Below, piece after piece: positions 41,581-53,689 of a DNA stretch of 64,000 nucleotides. The notes under the pieces were generated by a model. The model worked only from the letters and a program-made list of their open reading frames with translations, made no database searches and had not been told where the DNA came from. Position numbers and translations under genes: made by a program. Source of the DNA: Octopus bimaculoides (lineage: Eukaryota); the NCBI RefSeq assembly GCF_001194135.2, contig NC_068991.1:23221521-23285520 (forward strand). Reading direction: 5' to 3'. Numbering within the stretch: position 1 is the first letter of the stretch; every line of letters starts with the position of its first letter.

Positions 41581-42426
41581 CGAGGTCTGATCAATAATTA
41601 TCCAGACTGTTGCCATAGTAACAAAGCTAAAGCACATAGAGTGAAGTTGCCTGGCAAAGATTGATCTTGAACTCTGCTGTGCATGCGCATAATTTTTTAA
41701 CTTCTAGCTCACTTCCACTGAGTAACGTGTGATCATCACATTGACCATGACAGAGAAAGTTGTCATGGCAATACCTTCTCAGAGGCCTATGCAAAGTTGC
41801 AGAAAGTATATGGAGAGAAGTGTTATGAGCTGCACACAAGTGTACAAGTGGTTCAGACGTTTCCAAGGTGGCTGAAAAAATGTCGATATTTACGAATGTT
41901 CTGGGAGACCCGTAACCAACAAAACTGAGAAAAGCATCACAGATGCATGCAGCTGTGAGGGGAAATCATCAAATCACCATCCGTGAGTTGTCAAAGTATG
42001 TGCAGATTAGTTACGGTTCAGTTCAGTCAATTATCACTGAAGATTTGTGTATGAGACGCATGTCTGCAAAGTTTGTGCCAAAACTGCTTTCAACTGACCA
42101 AAAAGACATTCAAGTTTCAGTTACACAAGATCTCTTTGATTGTGTTTAGAACAATGGAAACTCTTTGAAAACTTTGCATAGGCTTCTGAACCGGTATCGC
42201 CAAGCCTTTGGAAAAATTTGATGCAGGTTCTTTGCTCAGCTTTCTCTGTCATAGTCAATGCAACGATCTCAAGCCACACATCTTCCTTCCAAGCACTGCT
42301 GTAAACAGTAAAAGTGAGCTAGAACGTTAAAACTTAGTGTGCATGTACAGCAGAGTTCAAGGTCTATCTGTGCCAAGCAGCTTCACTTTGTGTGCTTTAG
42401 CTTCGATATTTATTGATCAGACCACG
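41581..42426 (+). mobile_element. Mariner deletion derivative with long inverted ends, inserted in (TA)n
   Basis: cgaggtctgatcaataa / ttattgatcagaccacg; N-terminal HTH remnant EAYAKLQKVYG...SGRP...ITIREL...SAKFVPKLL; catalytic domain absent. Confidence 0.88.
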
Positions 42427-42484
42427 TATATATATACATACATATTTGTACATGTATATACTTACATACACACACACACATGCA

Positions 42485-42527
<43 letters not shown>

Positions 42528-42964
42528 TTTCCACACCCTCTTTTTCTTCTTTTTATAAGTATTTATGTTGCCTCATCTATTTATCACAGATGACTGAAAG
42601 GTGTGGTCGACAAGCTTTGAACACAAAATGTGAAGCACCATGCATGAAAGGGTAGGGAACTAGTGGTATTCTAAGGCCCAACAGTTTTAGGTCCCACCTT
42701 GAGAAGGTGAGATTAGATATTATAAGCCAATACTTTCCATGGGGGGAAAAGTAGGACAATAACGTACCCCTGCTTTCTCATACTCTACCATTTCTATCAC
42801 TGGGTGTTGTAGGAACTATATACAGTCTTGATAGTTCCTATACAAGGTACCACTGCCTCTCCTAAGAAGGTTTCTTCTTTTATTACAATTCTATTCATAT
42901 CTTGGGTATGTTATAGACAGTCACTTTGGGACATACAAGATGCATTCAAAACATATCTGACTTT

Positions 42965-43223
42965 ACAGTTCTATATTTAAGAGATGAGGAATTATGTACA
43001 TTATTTACATTTGACGGATATTTGTCCTCATCTTGTTTGTTGTTAACACAACGTTTCGGCTGATTTACCCTCCAGCCTTCATCAGGTGTCTTGGGCAAAT
43101 TTCAAATCTGGATTCTCATTCCTATGGTATTTTTCGATGTTATTATTATTATTATTCAGGTCACTGCCTGGAAAGAACTCTGAATTTCGGGGTTAATAGC
43201 CCACACTCTTAACCACTATGCCA
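42965..43223 (-). mobile_element. Composite retroposon: tRNA-like head, (AAT)n, Penelope-pLTR-like body with hammerhead motif
   Basis: A box TGGCATAGTGG at 43223-43213; degenerate B box ~43180-43170; CTGATGA...GAAAC core; partial second copy at 44011-44084. Confidence 0.7.
43045..43090 (-). ncRNA. Minimal type I hammerhead ribozyme motif (Penelope/retrozyme-like)
   Basis: GACAC-CUGAUGA-A-GGCUG[GAGGGUAAAU]CAGCC-GAAA-C-GUU-GUGUU: stem I 5 bp, stem II 5 bp, palindromic AACGUU in place of stem III. Confidence 0.65.
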
Positions 43224-43259
43224 ATAATAATAATAATTAATTCTGGATTATTGGCCACA

Positions 43260-44005
43260 AGGGCTAATATAAATAAAAGACATGAAAGGACAAACACAGG
43301 ACAATAAAAACAAGGGTTTTTCAAAAAGAAAAGGTGCATGTAAACATTTGATAACAGCGAAAAATATAACAAATAAAAACTCCCAATACGGGGAGGTGCT
43401 TTGAAAGGTTACTCATGGAAAAACCCATAAAAGCCATGGAAGTCTGGTCAGACAGGACGAGAGCCCCTTCTCCTTTTATATTTCTTGTTTTACAGGTGTA
43501 ATCTCAGAATTGGTCCATTCATACTGGCCATTCTTCCAACATTCACCCACCTTTCAACAAATTTGCTATGAGACAACACTTCCCTCTCTACTCTCACCTT
43601 CCTTCTCAAGTGGAACTTGAAAAAGTTGATGAGGCTTTGGCCAAAGAGGAAAGTGTCTGACTTTAGCCCTTTCAAACAGGTCCACCATACTACCTCGTTC
43701 GCTACAGCCACTAGACAAATGAAAATTGCCTTTCCCTCCCAGTTAAAGGAGGTCGGCGAGGCAATCTTCACTATGGATTCAGTTGATAGCCAGATTTATC
43801 CTACACGCAACAGTAGCTGTTCAACATAAACCCACAGGTCACCAATACTCGGGCACTGGATGAGTGCATGCAGAACAGTTTCGTTGCTCTGAGCGCACCT
43901 CGGGCAGGCCCGACTGACAGCACATCCATGCTGGTAGAGTTTATCCCGAACAGACAGCGCCCCTCGGTAGCACTGCTAGGCGAGGGACTTTTGGAAAGTA
44001 TCCAT
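43260..44005 (-). mobile_element. Tx1/L1-clade LINE 3' fragment (ORF2 C-terminal zinc knuckle and 3' UTR)
   Basis: LSVRDKLYQHG...ACPRCAQSNETVLHALIQC...LW; ORF ends at 43490. Confidence 0.75.
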
Positions 44006-44559
44006 GGACCAATAATAATAATAATAACATCGAACAATACCTTAGGAATGAGAACCCAGGTTCAAAATTTCCCCAATATCTCTGCTTGATGTGTTCAGTG
44101 AAAACAAAAACCCACTGAGCTCATACTACACATCTGTACTCTAGGTGTAACAGCCAGGAACTGAAGTGACCTACCAGCATGAAAATTTTCATGCATGTCC
44201 AGGAAGGGTGGCATCACCTGCCACCCAAAGGATTTTATCCACACAGCATTATTTTTGGCAGAAAAAATAAAGTCAAATACTTTTTGAATATGCCTTGTAT
44301 ATCAATCAGTAAATAACGAATAATTAATTCTGTTGACCCCAGAAGAATGAAAGCAACAGTTGACCATGACAGGATTTGAACTCAGAACATAAAGAGCTGC
44401 AATGCCCTTTCATTACTACACGAAATTTTAAATACCACTCAGCACTATATATAGCCTACCAATGCAAGTGTTTGAAATGGACAGTTTAGAAAGAGTATTT
44501 GACTGCTATTTATAGGAGCAGAGCCATATCTGCAGATAATAAGTATGCCCTGCAACAAC

Positions 44560-44631
<72 letters not shown>

Positions 44632-44798
44632 TTATATATATATATAAGGACGGGATGAAATAATAGAAACCTCACTTTATACTTATATATGACAAGTTTA
44701 TATGTTTTACATATGTCTTCTACCTCATGATATAGCCCTCTGTTTTGTTTTGTTTTTTTTTTACGCTTTTGCAAATATCTATATTTAAACAAGTTAAA

Positions 44799-46020
44799 AT
44801 GCATGACCTATCTGATTTCTGAAGAGGACAAATTATTGGAGCATGAATGGCTGGAGTTTCAATCACTAAAAGTGCTGAATTGTTTAGTGCTTCTACAGGC
44901 AAAGTCTCTAAAAAATTTTTGGCATTCTAAAAACCAAGGAATGGCAAGCATAATTCTGGAGGGAAGGCAATGTTCACAAAGAAAGACTGCAAAATATTGA
45001 ACAGTAATGTGTCTAAAAACAATCAAACTATGGCAGCAAAACTGACAGCAGAACTAAACCACAACCTTGCAAATACCACTCATCATGATCTCCATAAAGC
45101 TGGATACCACAAGAGAACCGCAATTTCTAAACCTTTCCTCTCCCTCAACATTGATAAACACAAAAGATGATGTCTGGACTATAAGAAGTGGTCAATGGCC
45201 CAATGTAATTTTCTCTGATGAATCATCATTTATTCTTTTTCCCACTTCATAGTATGTTTATGTCTGGAGACATAATAAGAAGCCTTCAACCCTGACTGTT
45301 TGGCCCCTGCATGAAGCGGTGAGTTGATTCTGTGATATGGGCAGCCATTTCATGGAATTCCTTTGGCCCTAGCAAGCATTACTCTGGATGGAAGAAGGCA
45401 GTGCTCACATAGAGTTACCTGAAAACTGTGAAAGGTATTGTATATAAAATCATAAAACTATGGCAGTAAAAGTGACAACCAAGCTAAACCATGACCTTGC
45501 CAACTCTGAGTCAATAAATACCATTCATATCATGAGCTCTACGAAGCTGGATACCTTAGAAAAGCTGCAATTGCTAAACTGCCTCCTATCTCCTATCAAC
45601 ATCAATAAGCAGGAAAAAAAAACATTGTCTAGAGTGGTCAATGGTTCGATGTGGTCTTCTCTGATGAATCATCATTCATTATTTTTCCCCATGTCAGAGC
45701 AAGTTTATGTCTAGAGACTGCCAAAGAAACTTTCAACACTGACTGTTTGGTTCCTACCATGAAGCATGGAGATGGCTTTATGATGATTTGAGCAGGCATA
45801 TCAAGGAAATTATCTTGGCTCTTTAAGTGTTCTACATGGCAGAGTTAACAGCATGGATCATCTGAGTATTTTCTTTGATCCTGTCCATCCTGTGATACAA
45901 ATATTGTTCCCTGGCAGTTGCACAATCTTCCAGGATGATAATGTGCTGTGTCTCACAGCTAATGTTATTCAAAACTGGTATGAAAAGCACAAAAGCAAAG
46001 TAGACCACTTGGACTAGCTC
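44799..46020 (+). mobile_element. Two tandem, partial, diverged Tc1-type transposase relics (same family as 58038)
   Basis: MHDLSDF*RGQIIGA; VIFSDESSF at ~45205 and VVFSDESSF at ~45650; FQDDN at ~45930. Confidence 0.82.
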
Positions 46021-46466
46021 CCGCCTCAGATTAAATGTTCAAATGTCAGCTCAATCTGGAATAATTAGTAACTGTTTTTATAATCAAGACTAATTGATAA
46101 CAGACAGCCCTTAAATTTTTATTTCCAATCCAATTCTTGCTGACACTGACCTTTTTGGGGTCCCTCACCTCACCCACCATCTTTTTTTGCCTTTATGTGT
46201 CTTATACATTTAAGCACTTCTTATGATAAAATGAAAGCAGCAATTAAGTAGAGTTGTTAGAGTATTGAATAGAATGCTTTGTGGCCTTTGTTCCAGTTCT
46301 CAGAATTCTGTGTTTAAATACTGCCAAAGTCAACTTTGCTTTTACTCCTTCAGGGAGTGATAACAAATCTTAAGATCAAGAGCCTAGTTGCCTAAACACA
46401 AGGCTATGTGAGAGAGAAAATAAATTACAGAGGCTCTAAATTTTAAAATTTAGAAAAATATACATA

Positions 46467-46872
46467 GGTGCAGGAGTGGCTGTGTGGTAAGTAGCTTGCT
46501 TACCAACCACATGGTTCCAGGTTCATTCTCACTGCATGGCACCTTGGGCAAGTGTCTTCTACTATAGCCTCGGGCCGACCAAAGCCTTGTGAGTGGATTT
46601 GGTAGACAGAAACTGAAAGAAGCCCATCGTGTGTGTGTGTGTCNNNNNNNNNNNNNNNNNNNNNNNNNNNNNNNNNNNNNNNNNNNNNNNNNNNNNNNNN
46701 NNNNNNNNNNNNNNNNNNNNNNNNNNNNNNNNNNNNNNNNNNNNNNNNNNNNNNNNNNNNNNNNNNNNNNNNNNNNNNNNNNNNNNNNNNNNNNNNNNNN
46801 NNNNNNNNNNNNNNNNNNNNNNNNNNNNNNNNNNNNNNNNNNNNNNNNNNNNNNNNNNNNNNNAGTAAAGAG
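46467..46872 (+). mobile_element. tRNA-derived SINE, family 1, spanning the 220-N gap
   Basis: Head before the gap, agtaaagagta tail after it. Confidence 0.8.
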
Positions 46873-47037
46873 TATAGCAAAAAATTAGCATATTTTGTTT
46901 TGATATTCATTCTTGTGTATACCAAAAGGTTAAACTTTATTTTAGGATGTAAAAATAGAAGATGCAAAATGTAAATGTAATGAGACTAAAAGAACTGGAA
47001 GTGACAAAAGTTACAAAGAAAATTACTAAAAATAAAT

Positions 47038-47398
47038 CAGGAGTGGCTGTGTAGTAAGAAGTTTGCTTTCCAATCATGTGGTTTCAGGTTCAATCCCACT
47101 GCATGGCACCTTGGCCAAATATCTTGGCCCAAAATCTTGTGAGTGGATTTGGTAGACAGAAACTGAAAGAAGCCCATCGTGTGTGTGTGTGTCTTTGTGT
47201 CTCTGTTTGTCCCCCACTACCATTTGACAACCAGTGTTGGTGCGTTTATGTCTCCATAACTTAGTGGTTCAGCAAAAGGAACCAATAGAATAAGACTCAA
47301 AAACAAATAAGTACTGAGGTCAATTCATTCAACTAAATACTCTTCAAGGCAGCACCCCAGCATGGCTACAGTCTAATGACTGAAATAAGTAAAAGATA
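47038..47398 (+). mobile_element. tRNA-derived SINE, family 1
   Basis: caggagtggctgtgtagtaag head to atgactgaaataagtaaaagata tail. Confidence 0.85.
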
Positions 47399-47984
47399 TT
47401 TTTTCATTAACACACTGCATAAATAAGATTTGACAACAGATTCTTCTAGAATGCATTTGAGCTCTAATATTTGGACTTCACCTATGAGATTAAGGTATAA
47501 AATTTATATGATGAATTGTTATTATTCAATGTATTTTGCTTATCTGTGTGATGACTATAGTATTCAAATACAGATTATAAATGGAAGATAGATGCTGACA
47601 ATGGGAAAAATATACAGTTTAGTCTCTTACAAAAGTGATGCCAAATTGTGCCATGAGTGAATCCCATAATTTCTTTAACAGATCTGGTGAAATATTGTTA
47701 TTTCATTAACAGGACTCCCTAGTTGGGCCATATCCACAGGCACCTCGTTGTATTGTAGCTTCAACATTATTTCATTTTATAATCCAGAAAGTGAAACCAC
47801 AGAAGTTGGCAGAGATTGTAATATATTGGAAACTTTGACAGTGAAATAAAAGTGAGGGAATTGTCTCTTTTCAAATGAAATAAAAGTGATACAAACCTGT
47901 TGTAACAATAAAATGAAAATTGTAAAATATGATTTTTTTTGCTTGTTTTTGTAAAATGCTTTGGATATATTCTATTAATATGTA

Positions 47985-48104
47985 ATAATAAACTAAAATA
48001 TACAAGATAATAAATATACAAGATAATAAATATACAAGATAATAAACTAAAATATACAAGATAATAAATATAAAAGATAATAAACTAAAATATACAAGAT
48101 AATA
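47985..48104. repeat. AT-rich minisatellite of 22- and 16-bp variant units
   Basis: ataataaactaaaatatacaag (L) and ataataaatatacaag (S) in the order L-S-S-L-S'-L. Confidence 0.92.
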
Positions 48105-48289
48105 CTGTCAAAGACATTAAACAAATTATGTAAACCATTTCTGCCAGTCTGTACAAGATAGCCAATACAACAACACTTTCTCTAAAATAGCAATTTCCCC
48201 ATCTCATAGAGCTTATGTGTTGGCGAGTGGCACTTGACAGCAAACAATATGTTGTTATAGACCAGGTCAGTATTGGCACAGAAGCACAG

Positions 48290-48560
48290 TTAACTGTTTT
48301 TAACAGTTGCAGGATATCCAGGCCTTGGGTCATCTTCAAGACTCTCCCTTCCCCTCCTTAATTCAGCTGCCCACTTTTGCACTGCTGATAAAGCTGGAGT
48401 GTCATTCCCTCAGCATGAATGTTCTTGGGGGCAAAACCCTTTTTCTGCAGCTACTTCATAACACCGCAATGCCAAATTTTGTCCATTTTCAAGAAAAGTC
48501 ACTACTAGTTACTTCTGGCGTCTTCTTTGAACAGTCAGATGTCAGTTTACCTGGGAAGAA
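48290..48560 (-). mobile_element. Mariner 5' fragment
   Basis: MDKIWHCGVMK*LQKKGFAPKNIHA...SAVQKWAAELRRGRESLEDDPRPG. Confidence 0.78.
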
Positions 48561-49402
48561 ACAATGCAGTCATTAATAAGATTTGAAATTAATGCATGCA
48601 AGATTTCACAGCTTTAGCATCATTCCTTCATAGTCAGCCTCCGAACCTTTTCAGCCCATCCTCATATATGGCTGTGATTGCTGGAGCCTGAAGCCTACCC
48701 TGCGCAAGTCTCTAGTTGAGTACTACTACGAGTACACCACAATATTGTGTCTAGTCATTAATATCAAAAAGAATGTGCACATTAACAAGCTTCAGTACAG
48801 AAGTTTAGTAAAGGAAACAACTGTTAGAAGAAATTAGATCAATTGGTCATTGCCAGAGAAACCCCAGAAATCTCCCAACCCAACCAACAGGATGGTGCTG
48901 TAGGCATTAACGCATGGTCATTGAAGGAAATCAAACTACAGTATGTAGATGTTAACTAGATAGACTATTGTACTTAGATGTTGACAAGATAGACAGAAGT
49001 TCTGGAACGTTGATTTGATATTTATTACATATCTTCTTACTAACAAATTTACATTCTCCAATACTGTCCACTTACTCCAATAATCTCCCTTTTCTCTCTT
49101 TCTGTTTTGTTTTGTCTATCTCTTGTTATCTATTCTATCTGTTTCTCTCTACTTATTGCTCTCCTCCCCCTCCCCTCTTTCTCCTCCTTCTTTTTCTTCT
49201 TCTTCTTCTCACTCTTACAATATTTCCTTCTCTCTCCCTCTCTCTCTCTTCCTCTCTCCTTTCTCTGCTCTCTCTCTCACTCTTCCTCTCTCTTCCCACT
49301 CTCTGCCCTCTCTCCATATTCTTTTCTTCTCTCTTTCTCACACATTGTTTCCTTGTTTTACATCTATTTCTCACCTTCTCTCTCTCTCTCTCTCCCTCTC
49401 CA

Positions 49403-49434
<32 letters not shown>

Positions 49435-50044
49435 TCACTCACATACACACCTATGTTTACTGTGCTCTATACTATCCATATTCTGATATGAGAACAGGTA
49501 AACAAACAATATGCAGAAACTATGTGAATGATTCTCCTGTTTACCAAGATATAAAATTCCAGACTCCAACAGGGATAGTCAACTGTCTCTGCCATGAGAA
49601 AAAAATGAAAAGACATTGGTGAGATTTAATAAAATTCACAGAATACTATTATATTAGACAACGACAACAGTAATATTAATGATAGCAGCAACCACAAAGC
49701 ATGTCCTTGGAAATACTTATAAACATCTTTAAAGAAATTTGAGAAAAACCTACTTTACCAGTTTCTCTAATGTCAAGAGATTCACAAAAGAGGAAAAGCC
49801 AATTTGGCTTTCTTTCCTCTACCCCATTTTTTCCCGCAAGACCGTGTAGTTAAGAAGCTCACTTAGCACCTATGTGGTGGTTTTGGGTTCAGTCCCACTG
49901 CAAAGCAAAGTATTTTGGGCCAGTGTCTTGTGGTATACCCTTGGACTGACTAATGCCTCGTGAGTAGATTTTGTAGACAGAAATTGTATGAAAGTCTGTT
50001 GTGTATAATTGTGTTATCTATCATGGTGCTGTTAACTAGGTTAG

Positions 50045-50840
50045 CCAGTCCTTCTTTTGGATTCACATGGGAGTGACCCAACCTTCCCTCTATTCCTTCT
50101 CCACATTTAATAACCTTTCATACTAGCTCTTCCATGCCTTTCTTTCCAGGATCACTTAGAGCAAACATACCATCATCTGTCTGTACACACCTCTCTCCTA
50201 CAACATCTTGATTCTCTCTAACATAGCGTCTGGCAATCTGAAACACCTCAAATCTCTGATTTTCATGTTGTCCTCCTTTCTGCTTCTGTCCTAACTAAAT
50301 AAACATGATGCCTATCTTCTCTTTTAGCTATCTGATATGGTTTTTTGCTACCCCAGCTTTTCCACTCTTTCTAAGTCCGTCTCTTCTCTTTTATATCCCT
50401 GTTGACCTGGTCCTTCCATTGAATCCTCATGACTGCACGAAGTTTGTGCTATTGGAAATGTTCAATTTTCTTTAAGTCTCATTGATACAGCACCTATGTC
50501 TCACAGATGTAGAGGAGGCTGGAAATGATGATGGCTCAAAATACCATGATTTTCTTCAGGATGATGAAGTTATAGTTTAAGAAGAATTGTTTTGAGAGTC
50601 TTTCAAAAGCAGTATAGGCTATACTGATCTTATTCTTGGTGTCTTTCTGAAAAGTGCAATTGCTGGACAGGTAGCTTCCAAGGTATGGGAAAGCCTCCAT
50701 AGTTTCCAAGACAGTGCTACATAGCCTTATGTCACTGGTGTCAGAGGAGGTTGACCAGGGGCTCCCTGTGCAAGGATCTTCATCTTCGTTATGCTTGTAG
50801 CCAAACCAAAGTAGTTATACAAATTTTCAAAGAAGTTCAC
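50045..50840 (-). mobile_element. Two adjacent RTE-clade LINE fragments
   Basis: 50045-50405 linker (RENQDVVGERCV...YERLLNVE); 50410-50840 post-RT region (FPYLGSYLSS..., LLYICET). Confidence 0.65.
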
Positions 50841-50844
50841 ATGG

Positions 50845-53010
50845 AAGAAGGAAAGTCTGCCTAATATGGACCCAACAGAGGGACCAGCTATCTGAATAGA
50901 TGGTAACTTGATAGATATCCTAACAGACAGTAGCTTGGTAGATAAAGCTATGAAGGATACAAAGACAGGGAAAGCCCCTGGCTAATCAGGAATCACTGCT
51001 GAGAAGCTTAAAATATCCGGTAGAATGGGATATGATCTAGTCACCTGTACAGTTAATTAGGTTGTTCACAAGAGAGCCATACCCAGTGACTGGTGTAGCA
51101 GCATTATAGTCAATTGCTACAAAGGTAAAGGTGATGCCTTAGACAGAAATAATTACAGAGATATCAAATTGCTGGACCAGGCAGCGAAAATTACAGAGAG
51201 TTTCATAGCTCAACTAAATAGGAAGAGAGTTAGTCTAGATGAGATGCAGTTTGATTTTGGGCCAGGAAGAAACACTATCGATATTCTGGCTGAAGCAGCT
51301 GTAGGAGTATTAAACCAAAAAAAAGAAAAAAACCTCTGTATTTGGCTTTTGTTGACATGGTGAAAGCCTTTGACAGGGTCCCCTGCTCCCCTATTAGGTA
51401 GTCAATGCAGAAGATAGGGATAGATGAGTGATTGGTGAGAGCCATACAAGTCATGTACAGGAAAGGTGTCAGTAAGGTGAAAGTCAGTAATGAGTAAAGC
51501 AATGAATTCAGTGTACAGGTAGGAGTTCACCAAGGATCAGTTCTCGGCCCCATCTTCTTCATCATAGTCCTCCAGGCCATAACAGAGGAATTTATGACGA
51601 ACTGCCCTTGGGAGCTCCTCCTTGCTGATGACCTTGTTGTTATAGCTGATTCACTACCAGAACTATAGAAGAAATTTCAGGTGTGGAAGCATGGTCTGGG
51701 ATCAAAGGGCCTTAGAGTTAATTTAGCAAAGACCAAAGTTAGTAGGAAAACAGACAAATCACAAATCTTTTCAGGGAGATGGTCCTGCTCAGTATGTAGA
51801 AAAGGTGTAGGTAGAAACTCCATAAGTGTATATGATGCCAGCTATGGATACATAAGAAGCAGTATTAGAGGAAGGTTAACAGAGAAAGTAGTCTTTGTGT
51901 GCAGCAGATGTGTAGGCACAATAAACACTAGGAATGTACAGAAAATAGTCTTTGTCAAATGTTCAGGGAGATACCTGGAAGTAGTAGATAGTTTCCATTA
52001 TTTTGGCGACCAAGTCAGCAATGGAGGAGAATCCTCTGAGAATGTAGCTGCTGGAATAGGAATGGGCTGGGCAAAGTTCAGAGAGCTTCCAGTTTTGTTG
52101 GTAATGAAGGGCCTCTTCATTACAATGAAAGTCAGATTGTATGAGGCCTGTGTGTGAACAGCCATGCTACATGGCAGTGAAACATGGGCTGTGGCGGCAG
52201 AGGACTTGTAATGGCTTGAAAGGAATGAAGCAAGTATGTTCTGCTGAATGTACAATGTCAATGTACACATACAACAGAGTGTAAATGTCTTATGAGAAAA
52301 ATTGGGTATAAGAGGCATAAGATGTAGTGATTAAGAGAGAAGACTGTGTAGGGCATTCAGCTCAACATTATAAGATCCTGAATTCAATTCCCAGCATTAC
52401 ATTTTGTCCTTGAGCAAGACATTTTACTTTACATTGTTCTAGTCCACCCAGCTGGCAAAAATGAGTAGTACCTGTATTTCAAAAGGCCAGTTTTGACACA
52501 TTCTGTGTCATGCTGAATCTCCCTGAAAACTATGTTTAGGATATGTGTGTCTGTGGAATGCTCAGCCACTTGCATGTTAATTTCACAAGCAGGCTGTACT
52601 GTTGATCTGGTCAACTAAAACTCTCTCTTTCTCTCCCTCTCTCTCTCTCTCTGTATATATATATGTATGTTATTCTTAAACAAGAATGTTGTTAAGAAAT
52701 AATAGTTTAGCTGGCCGACACTTCGAAGTTACTGTCAACAACATTCTTGTTTAAGAACAATAAATTTGTACTCAGCAAAAGTATAAAGTAACCCATCAGA
52801 TTAATGTAAAATTTCTTTTATTATAACTGAACGTAAAAACCAATGTAAGAAGCTTGCTTCCCAACAACATGATTCCAGGTTCAGTCCCAATGCATGGCAC
52901 CTTGAGCAAGTATCTTCTACTATACCCTCGAGCCAACATAAGCCTTGTGAATGGATTTTATAACCAGAAACTGGAAGAAGCCCATCGTATATATATATAT
53001 ATATATATAC

Positions 53011-53053
<43 letters not shown>

Positions 53054-53650
53054 GCACAAAGTCAGGAGTTGTGAAAGGTGGAGTAAATAAAACATAAGCT
53101 ATAAAGTCATGGGAGGTGAAGGTGGAGATATTTTTCCATACAACTTCCATATCACATGTAAATGACATGGAAAAATAAACCTATCTTTACCTCACATGAC
53201 TTTCTAATTTATATTTGATTTACTCTAGACAAAAAAAAACTTATTCAAATTTTCATTTACATGGACACATTACATTAAACTATATTGTAATTGATTACTA
53301 CCATAGACTGATAGAGGAGCTTACTGTGATAGCCACATAATTCTTTGAATCCATATTATATTACTCTTTATACATACATACATACATATATACATACATA
53401 CATACATACATACATACATACATACATACATACATACATACATACACACACATGCATGCACGCACACATACATATATATATATATATACCGGNNNNNNNN
53501 NNNNNNNNNNNNNNNNNNNNNNNNNNNNNNNNNNNNATATATATAGCTCTAACTGTGGAGGGAACCTGTGGAAGAGGTAGACCCAGGAAGACATGGTAGA
53601 TGTGGTAAAGCATGATCTTTGAATGTTGGGCCTCATGGAAACAATGAAAT
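50845..53650 (+). mobile_element. Decayed RTE-clade LINE (RT domain), split by nested insertions at 52345-53540
   Basis: KTGKAPG, CYKGKGDALDRNNYR, AFVDMVKAFDRVP, GVHQGSVLGP, LLLADDL, GLRVNLAKTK; C-terminal GRGRPRKTW resumes at ~53570. Confidence 0.88.
52345..52622 (+). mobile_element. SINE with V-domain-like centre and family-2 tail X
   Basis: ttgtccttgagcaagaca centre; cagccacttgcatgttaatttcac tail. Confidence 0.72.
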
Positions 53651-53689
53651 GAGAGGAAAGGCCTAGTGGTGTTCTATTAATTATGAGAG

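Noticed and set aside
47631-49588. Minus-strand exon candidates 49588-49545 (TVDYPCWSLEFYIL) and 47683-47631 (LLKKLWDSLMAQFGITF)
   Set aside because: Splice signals are plausible, but the phases do not chain and no protein family is recognised.
49107-49622. Several 93-171-aa ORFs rich in S/L/F or R/E (also 898-1186, 17237-17581, 44445-44804)
   Set aside because: Translations of (CT)n, (TA)n and (CA)n microsatellites.
50045-50900. Twin-priming 5' inversion of the RTE element
   Set aside because: The geometry fits, but the overlapping segments are too diverged and an unrelated RTE fragment lies between them.
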